Shown piece by piece: positions 10,148 through 20,000 of a stretch of DNA of 64,000 nucleotides. The stretch is taken from the NCBI GenBank assembly GCA_035438985.1, contig DAORJK010000014.1:12504-76503 (forward strand), written 5' to 3'. Both the position numbers and the translations under genes were made by a program. Within the stretch, counting starts at the first letter, position 1. Each line of letters begins with the position of its first letter. The stretch is from Bacteroidia bacterium. Lineage in GTDB: Bacteria > Bacteroidota > Bacteroidia > UBA4408. The notes below the pieces were generated by a model. That model was not told where the DNA came from. It searched no databases and saw only the letters and a list, made by a program, of their open reading frames with translations.

Positions 10148-11065
10148 TTATTCAATAGAAGGAACTTTGGCTTCAGTGGTTTTAATAAATCTTAAACCAA
10201 CTAAAATTTCGTGGGTACCGCTGCTGTAGTTCTTAAGGTTAGAGAAGGTAAAGTCGTGTGCATAGGCAAAAGTAATGTGCTTTTTTATACACAAGCCTAT
10301 CATAGCGCTATAGGCATCAAGACTTCTATAAGCGCCTCCAAGCCAAATCAACTCACGGTATGAAACTTTTAATCCTGCATCTATTTGCGTAGGTACCGGT
10401 TTAAGCACTTTTACCAATACTGATGGCTCAATTGTAAAGTCTTCGTTCGGACGATAACGATAAGCGCCATTTATAAAATAGTGGTCTTCGAGTTTAGAGC
10501 CAATACTACTATTGCTATTGTATAAATTAAGCTTGTTTTGCACAAGTTGAGGGGCACTAAAACCAATGTTAAACTGCTTTGAATACAAATTTAATCCAAA
10601 GCCGAAATCAGGCAATAAAACTGACTGCAAACTACCATCCAAAGCCACATCGGCATCGTCGTGCAAATTAATTTTTGAACCATCTACCGTAAATTGTAAC
10701 AAGCCGGCAGACAACCCCATACCCAATTTTATTTGTTCGTTAATTTTTAAGTGATACGTATAACTACCATAAATACCCGTACGACGTGTTGGGCCTGTGA
10801 TATCTGTAAACAAATAACCCCCTACTCCTACTTTTCTTGATTTTAATGGACCATCAACACTTAGAATATAAGTTCGTGGAGCATCAGTAATTCCTTTCCA
10901 TTGATAGCGGTTATTGCTTTTAGCTTCAAAAAAATCGTTTTTACCTCCAGAGCCCGGATTTAATAAAAACTCATTCATCATGTACTGTGTATAAAGCGGC
11001 ATTTGTTGAGCTCTTAGCTGGGTTACAGCACACATGATAACTACTAGTATGGTAAATTTTTTCAT
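10148..11065 (-). CDS. sprF: PorP/SprF family type IX secretion system outer-membrane protein
   Basis: 305 aa. Signal peptide followed by the QQMPLYTQYMMNEFLLNPGSGG family signature (TIGR03519-like N-terminus). A conserved GTHEILVGLRF segment lies near the C-terminus, but the protein does not end in an aromatic residue (C-terminus ...TTEAKVPSIE). Located 4 nt downstream of a type-B CTD cargo gene. Confidence 0.85.
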   Translation of the reverse strand: MKKFTILVVIMCAVTQLRAQQMPLYTQYMMNEFLLNPGSGGKNDFFEAKSNNRYQWKGITDAPRTYILSVDGPLKSRKVGVGGYLFTDITGPTRRTGIYGSYTYHLKINEQIKLGMGLSAGLLQFTVDGSKINLHDDADVALDGSLQSVLLPDFGFGLNLYSKQFNIGFSAPQLVQNKLNLYNSNSSIGSKLEDHYFINGAYRYRPNEDFTIEPSVLVKVLKPVPTQIDAGLKVSYRELIWLGGAYRSLDAYSAMIGLCIKKHITFAYAHDFTFSNLKNYSSGTHEILVGLRFIKTTEAKVPSIE

Positions 11066-11069
11066 CGTT

Positions 11070-14000
11070 TTAACGCATTATAGTTATTGGGCCTGTTATA
11101 TTTTCAGGATTCGCTTCATCGTGTAAATTAATCACATAATAATAAGTTCCTACAGGTAAATCCTTGCCTTTGTATTTACCATCCCATTTTTCGGTATATC
11201 CAGGAGAGCTGAATAATTTTTCACCCCAGCGGTTATAAACTTCGACTTCACAGTTAGTGTAAGCTTCTATACCGTCTATTTCCCAAACATCATTTTTTCC
11301 GTCACCATTTGGCGTAATCCCATTGTTTACAAAGATAGTAGGCAGAACGTTGATGGTAATTGAATCGGAGCTGAAACAACCGTTTGGATTAGTTACTTTG
11401 ACTATATAAGTAGTAGTAACTTTAGGAGTTGCTATAGTTGAAACAGATGCAGTGTCGGTTAAATCGAGTATTGGCGACCAGCTATAAGTGGCACCATTAG
11501 CACCTCCTGTTGCAATGAGTTGAACAGGTGTTCCAACAATAACAGTTTGATCGGGCCCCAGATCAACATCCGGCAAGGCATTTACATATATAGAAACAAT
11601 ATCAGAATCTGAACACAATCCATTGTAAGCAACCAATAAATAATCGTTTGCACCTACTACAGGACTTACCACTACAGCAGCTGTATTATCAAGTAAAGTA
11701 AGAGAAGGATATTTAAACCATTTGTAAGTAGTTCCGCCATTTCCTACCAATGTAATTGAGTTAGTAAAACACAAGGTATCATCAGGGCCGGCGCTTGCTT
11801 GAACAACAATCAAAGCATTTACAGTATCTGAGTACAAATAATTACATCCATTGGCATCAGTAATAGACACATGGTAGATTCCGGGAATTACTCCGTTAAG
11901 ATCTTCTGTAGTAGAAGCATTTACATCATCCCACAAGAAACTGTAAGGTGGAACACCACCTGATGGACTTAAGTCTATTGATCCATCGGGTGTATTGCTA
12001 CATTGAGCACTGGTAGTAGTTGAAGTCGCAGATATTTGCAAAGGAGTATTAATAACCAAAGTAGGCGAAATCGTATCACAGCCATTAGCATCGCTTATTG
12101 TAACAAATAAATTTCCATTCGGAATATTTGAAATAGTTGCAGTGGTATCACCTGTACTCCACAAGTAAGAATAAGGAATAGTTCCTCCCGAAGGAATTAC
12201 ACTTATAGAACCGGTACTATCGCCAAAACAAAGTACATTGTTTATTTGCGACAAACTAAGGACAATAGGACTGGGTTCGCTGATAGCAATTTGCTGAAAT
12301 CCTTTACATCCTAAATTATCCGTGGCTTCTACTATATAATTTCCGGCACAAAGGTTTGTAAGTGCAGGAGTGGTTTGATTGCCCGGCGTCCATGAATAGG
12401 TGTAGCCCGGGTTAACTCCACTTGCAACTGCTGTAATTGATCCATTGCAAGAACTGGCACAAGTTGAATTAGTAGCGGTGTAAGTGATAGCAGGTCCGGT
12501 GCTATTAGCTAAAGTGGTAGTATCAATTTGTGCACATCCATTAGCATCCGTAATAGTAGCTACGTAAATTCCAGGGCATAAATTTGAAATAATTGCATTT
12601 GCAGGATTGGCAGGAGACCATGCATAAGTATAGGGCAATTGACCGCCAGTAACAGTAAGTGCTAATGTTCCATTACATTGACCACAATCAGGGTTCGTTT
12701 TAGTAAAAGAAACTGAAACAGTAACTGCTGCACTAATGGTTACGCTTCCAGTTGTAACACACCCATTTGTATCCTTCACTTGATAATTATATGAACCAGC
12801 ACACAATCCTGTTAAAGAAGTACTTGTAGAACCATTGTGCAACCAAAAATAAGTATAAGGTCCATTACCTGACAACACCGAAATAGTGGCCGTTCCATTA
12901 CAGCTACCTGCACAAGTTTCATCTGTTTTTGCAACCGAAACAAGCGGGCCGGTAGAATTACTAATACTTACATTTTTATTTTGAGAACAGCCCGCAATAT
13001 CGGTCACCGAAACCATGTAAACTCCGGCGCATAAACTATCGGCAAAAAGTCCAACATCGCCATTACTCCACAAAACAGAATTGGGCAAAACACCTCCCGA
13101 AGGGATGATGGTTGCACTACCATTGCACGAACCACAACTTGCATTAACGGTATTACTGATACTAAATAAAATTGGTGGAGGTTCAGATATATTAACAGTA
13201 TTAATAGTTTTGCAACCGGCATTATCTGTAACAGTAACGCTATACTGTCCAGCACACAAACCGGATACTGCTGAAGTAATTTGTCCACCCGGAGTCCAAC
13301 TGTAGGTAAAAGGTGAGTTTGTACCACTAACAATAGCAGTGGCTGTTCCATCACAAGCACTATTACAATGCGCATCAGTAAAACTAACGGATACGCCGGG
13401 ACCGTTTGAATTATTGACTGTAAATTGTTGGGTATAGGTACATTGTCCGGCATCCGTCATGTGCAAGGTGTAAATGCCAGCACTTAAGTTGGAAATGGTA
13501 GCAGTTGAAGCTCCGCCGGGAACCCATGAATAAGTATATCCGCCAGCTCCTCCGCTTGGATTAACAGTTATGGATCCATTTGACAATCCACAATTGGGTT
13601 GAATTATGTTTGAATTGTAATTAATGATTGTTGCAGCATTTATGGTTACTGATGATGAAAAAGTACAGCCCAGCGAGTCTGTAACAGAATAATCATAAGT
13701 TCCAGCACATAGTCCGGTTAAGGAAGCGGTTGTTTGTCCTCCTTGCAACCAAAAATAACTGTACGGAGGTGTACCATTTGTTACAGTTAAATTGGTTGTT
13801 CCATCGCATAAATTATTACAAGTTTCATTCGTAAAATTAGCGGTAACTTGTGGAGCAGTTGTATTACTAATATTTATATTAAGTGCAGCCTTACACTCAG
13901 AAAAATCCTTCATAAAAACGGAATATAATCCTGCACATAAATTTGCAGCAAAGGCACCCGTATCCCCACTACTCCAAAAAATGGTATATGGCAAAGTACC

Positions 14001-17000
14001 TCCGTTTGGCAACACGGAAGCAGTTCCGTCGCAATTTCCACAACTGGCGTTGGTAGTGTTTGAAATACTAAAGACCACTGGTGTTGGTTCATTTATTATT
14101 AATGAAGAAGTACTTTTACAATTATTTGCATCATTTACAGTAATGAAATACGTTCCGGCACAAAGTCCATAAACAGTGTCACTGTTCTGACCGGTATTCC
14201 ATTGAAAGCTATACGGAGGAGTTCCTCCAAATGAAGCTATAAAGCCACCGCCATCACAATTCCCGAAACAAGTGGCATTATTCGTTGTATGTGAAATTGT
14301 TGGCGCATTGGTGTTATTTAATGGAATCGCTACTAAGTTGCTACATCCATTACTATCAGTAATAGCTACCGAATAAACTCCCGCACAAAGTGAATTAAGT
14401 GTAGCACTCGTTTGTCCATTATTCCATGAATAAACATATGGAGCTGTTCCACCGGTTGGGTTCAAGGTAATGGATCCATCACAAACACCACAAGCTGCAT
14501 TTGTAAAGGTATAGCCAGAGTTAAATGGAGATGGTTCAAGAATGGTTACAGATGATACTCTTTTACATCCATTGGCATCGATAATTTCAAAATCGTAGGT
14601 TCCGCTGCATAATCCAGTTACGCTATTTGTTGTTGCACCAGTTTGAAGCCAGAAATAAGTATATGGAGCTAATCCTCCAATTGGTGTTATCGTTGCTGCA
14701 CCATTGCATACACCATTACAAGTAACATCTGTTTTAACAATAATTTCAGAACTTGGACCAGTTGAATTGGAAATGTTAACATTGCTCACAGAGAAACAAC
14801 CGGTGTTATCGGTAACACGCACAGAATAAGTTCCGGCGCATAATGAATTAACTGAGAACGAAGTTTGATTTACACTCCATAAATAGGTATAACTTCCCGA
14901 CCCTCCTGCTCCACTTACGCTGGCAGTACCATCACATAATCCACAAGTTGCATTAGTAGAAGTGGTGATGGCTTGAACTTGTGTTGGTTCAACAATTTGA
15001 ATCGTTTCAAAAACGACACAACCTTGTGCATCCGTAATTTTAGGGAAATAGGTACCCGGACAAAGATTCGTTATACTATCAGTACTTAATCCTCCTGGAG
15101 TCCATAAATAAGTATAGGGTGCTGTACCGCCTGAAGGAGAAACCGAGGCAATACCATCGCAACGACCGAAACAACTCACATTTAACGAAAGTTTATTGGC
15201 TGAAAAAGCGGTGGTACTTAATGGAACACTGCTATTTACCGAACACCCTTTGCTATCGGTAATGGTAACAGTATATAAGTTAGCTGCTAAATTCGATAGG
15301 GTATCATTGATTGAACTAACAGGGCTCCATTGGTAAGAATAGCCGGGAGTACCTCCCGATGCAATAACAACGATACTTCCATTATTTTGATTACAAGTTG
15401 GAGCGGTGGTTACAAAGTTAGAAGCAATAACTGTTGGCTCATTTATAATTGCGGTTTGGGTTACCGAACAATTATTGGAATCATTTACAGTAAGCACATA
15501 GGTTCCGGCACACAAATTACTTAATCCAGCTGTGCTAACATTGCCCGGTGACCATAAATAAGTAAATGGTGGTGTTCCTCCAAGGGTAAGTGAAGTAGCT
15601 GAACCATCACATTTTCCAAAACAACTTATGTCTACCGAATTGATGTTGGCATTTAATAATCCAGGCTCAGTAATGGTAACCGGAACAGAAATAAAGCAAC
15701 CCGTATTATCAGTAATAGTAACAGCATAATTGCCGGCACACATCGAACTTACTGAATCAATACTGCTACTTACACCAATCCAACTAAAAGTATACGGAGC
15801 TGTGCCACCTGATGGATGCACAACAGCATTACCATTGCATTGTCCAAAGCATTTAATTTGATTGATAGTTAAATTACTTACAATAGCAGCAGGTTGTTGA
15901 ATAATAATTGTTGCTGTATTTACGCAATTTCGGCTATCAGTTACCGTTACTGTGTAGGAGCCCGCACATAAATTTCCAACATTCGCCAATGTATCACTTG
16001 GACTGCTCGACCATGAGTATCGATAAGGTGCTGTACCACCAGTAGGAACAACGGCCGCAGAACCATTACAAACTCCATTGCATGTTAAATCAACGTGGGA
16101 TTGTGCAATGGATATAGCCGGAGGATTGGAGATGGAAAATGAAAATGGTACACTGCAGTTATTTGAATCAGTAATTGTTACATTGTAGGTTCCAACTGCA
16201 AGTCCTGAAACAGAGGAAGATGTTGCTCCAATTGGAGGATTCCAAGAATAGTTATAATTACCTGTGCCACCGCTAGGAAATAAGAAAATTTGTCCATCTG
16301 ACTGTCCGTTACAACTGATATTAATAGTTGAATCATTGGCTGCAATTGCAGTGGGTTCAGTAATTAAAACTTGACTAACAAAAATACATCCACTGGCATC
16401 TGTTGTTTGCAAATTGTAGGTACCTGCACATAAATTCGAATTACTAGGTGTTCCAGTTGGTCCTGATGGCAGCCATGAATAAGTATAAGGTAGCGTTCCA
16501 CCAGAAACCGTTACTGTAACAGCGCCATTGCAAAGTGCATTACAAGTAGCATTGGTAATAACAGCAGTATCGTTATCGGGTCCTGAATTATTGCTTAATG
16601 CAAGTGAAAAAGATTTTTGACAATTGTTTACATCACTTACAAAAACCGTGTATAAACCAGCACATAAATTACTAGCAATTTGTCCGGTTTGTAAAGGAGT
16701 TGTCGGTGTCCAGGAATAGGTGTAAGGACCCCCCGAACCTCCTGAAGGAAATACCGCCAAAGCTCCATCGCAAGCGCCACAATTAGCAGGAGTAGCTCCC
16801 GACACAATTGTAATGGCGGGTGGATCTGTTAAGATTAGACTTTGTGAAACACTACATCCACTGCTATCGGTAACAAATACGGTGATTGTTCCGGCACAAA
16901 CTGCACTAATACTTTGAGTTAATTGAGCACCCGGAGACCAAGAGTAAGTGTACACTCCGCTTCCTCCGATTGGAGCTGCTGTAGCAGTTCCGTTGCAGGT

Positions 17001-20000
17001 AGCAATACAAGTTGGATTTACACTACTTGCATTGGCAACAAGTTGTTGGGGCTCAGTAATGGTAACAGATTGTGATGTTACACATCCATTTAAATCTGTT
17101 ACAAAGACAGTATAAGTTCCTGCACATAAATTGGTGATGCTTTGTGAACTGAGAGCGTTTATTGACCATGAGTAAGTGTAAGGAGCAGTTCCGCCAGATG
17201 GCGTGGCTGTTGCTGTTCCGTTACAAGCACCTTTGCAAGTAGGTGCAGTAAAACTTGTTGCTACAGTTATTAAACTTGGTTCTGTAATAGTTACTGATTT
17301 CAAAACTGTACAAGTATTATTATCTGTAACTGTTACTGAATAAGTACCTGCACATAAATTAGCAACAGCTGGAGTGGTGCTATTTCCAGGCGACCATAAA
17401 TAAGTATACGGTGGAGTTCCTCCAATAACAATAACATCAACTGTACCGTCGCAAGATGCATTACATGAATTTGGAGTAGAAGAAGGTGTTGCATCTAAAA
17501 GGGCAGGTTCAGTAATGATAGCACTTGCCGAAACAACACAACCGTTGGCATCAGTAACGTTTAATGAATAAGTAGCTGGGCACAATAATGCAATTGATGG
17601 CAAGGTAGGTCCGTTGCTCCAAGCATAGGTATAAGGCAAAGTTCCGCCGCTTACTACACCTGTTATTTGACCATTACATAAACCGTTACAGGTAACATTG
17701 GTCTTATTCATTGTAAGAAGAATGGCTGCCGGTTCAGCAATGTTCAGTGTGTCGAATTTTGTACATCCGTTACTATCTGTTATTTTAACTATGTATGTAC
17801 CCACACATAAATTTGATATTGAAGAAGAGGTTGCTCCTGTTGACCAAGAAAACGTGTAGGTGCCGGATCCACCTGTTGGCGCCAATGTAATACTACCATT
17901 GCATTGTCCACCACAAGGAGCATCTACAATGGTTGAATTAGATAAAATCGGAGCCGGTTCAACAACGGTATCATTCAACACTGTTTTGCAACCATTTGCA
18001 TCAGTAATTCGAACCGAATATGGTCCTGCACATAAATTGGAAATTGAAGTACCTGTTGAGTTTCCAGGTGTCCATAAATAGGTAAAAGGACCAATCCCAA
18101 CGGGCGGATTGGTAGCAATAGCGCCATCACATGAGCCCGGGCAAGTAGCATTGGTAATACTTGAAGAAGCTGTTGGTCCAGCAGCATCGTTGACTGTTAT
18201 TGTAAATTCCTTTGAACATGAAACATTATCCGTAATAGTAACTGTATAACTTCCTGCAGCCAAATTTGACACACTTGGTGAACTGCTCGATAGTGGTGCT
18301 CCCCAAGAATAGCTATAAGGTCCGGTACCACCACTTGCAGCCAATGTAATTGAGCCATTGTTTAATAAACATTGCGATTGTACTACAACTTCATTTGCAA
18401 GGATTGGAGCAGGTTCCAAGACTGTAAAATTGCTCAGTTTAATACAGCCATTATTATCGGTAACAGTTACGGTTTGTGGTCCAGCACATAATCCACTTAC
18501 TGCATTTGTTGTTTGCCCGGCTGCACCCCATGATAAGGTATAAGGCGGAGTACCGCCTGAAGGTATTGAAACAGCACTTCCGTTGCAACTACCCGCACAA
18601 TCTGAATTTGTAACATTCACTAAATTATTTAATACCGGAGGGTCATTGAAAGTAATTGAAGAAACACTAAAACACCCATTTTGATCCGTAACACGTACCG
18701 AATCTGTACCGGCACAAAGCCCATTTACAGTTTGCGTTGTAGCCCCACTCGGAAACCATAAAAAGGTATATGGTTGTTGTCCTCCGCTAGCATTAGCTGT
18801 GGCAGAACCATCGCATGCACCGGCACACAATGCATTGGTTGCAGAACTGGTAATTTGAATAATAACTACGGGATCGATCGTTACATTGGTATTAACCGTA
18901 CAGTTTTTTGAATCGGTAACTATTACTGAATGATTTCCAATACAAAGCCCTGTAGCGATCGCACTAGTTTGACCATTCGACCAGGAATAAGTGTAAGGAC
19001 TTGAACCACCAACCGGTGTAACTGATGCGGTACCTGTACAAATACCGCAACTTGAAGTAGTGCTAGCCAAAGAAATAGTCAATAATGGAGGTTGGGTTAT
19101 TGTAACTGTAGCACTAGCAGTACAGCCCTTATTATCGCTAGCAAATACCGTATAAATTCCCGGACAAAGATTGGTAATCGTAGAACCTAGTTGTCCATTG
19201 CTCCATGAATACGTATAAGGAGCATTTCCACCTGCAGCTGTTGCAGTTGCTTGGCCATCACATACACCGTTGCAGGTTGGTTGGGTTGGGTTTGTTGAAA
19301 CCGTTAATGGTAAAGGTGCAGAAACAGTAACCGATCCACTAACTGTACAATTATTAAAATCGCGAATAGTATAAGCATAGCTTCCTACACATAAATTTGT
19401 TAGTCCTGAAGTTGTTTGATTACCGGGTGTCCATAAAAAGGTGTAGGGTGCTGTTCCTCCTGTAGGCGCTAAATTGGTGGTACCATCGCAACTCCCTGCA
19501 CAACCAACATTTGTTTGGGTAGAATTGGCAACAAGCGCATTCGGTTGAGTGATGGTTACATTTGCTTGTTTGGTGCAATTTTTTGCATCCGTCACAAAAA
19601 GTGTATACGTACCAATACATAAATTTGTCACTGAAGAAGCTAAAACACCTGTGTTCCACGAAAAAGTATAAGGAGCAGTTCCCCCTGTTGTAGTGGCTAC
19701 TGCTGAACCGTTGCATAAACCAAAACAGGTAATCTGTGTAGCGTTTATGGTAACGTTCAAAGCATTGGGCTGGTTTACAGTAATACTTTGTTGAATTTGA
19801 CAATTATTTGAATCTGTTACAAACACAGTATATGTGCCGGCACATAAGTTAGTTATGTTGGTCGCAGAAGAGCTTAAAGGTGCAGCCCAAGAATAAACAT
19901 ACGGTGACTTCCCTCCGCTTGCAGCAACTGTTATTGAACCATCACATACAGCATTACAACTTGCATCGGTTTTAGTAACATTTAAAGTAAGCGCAGGAGG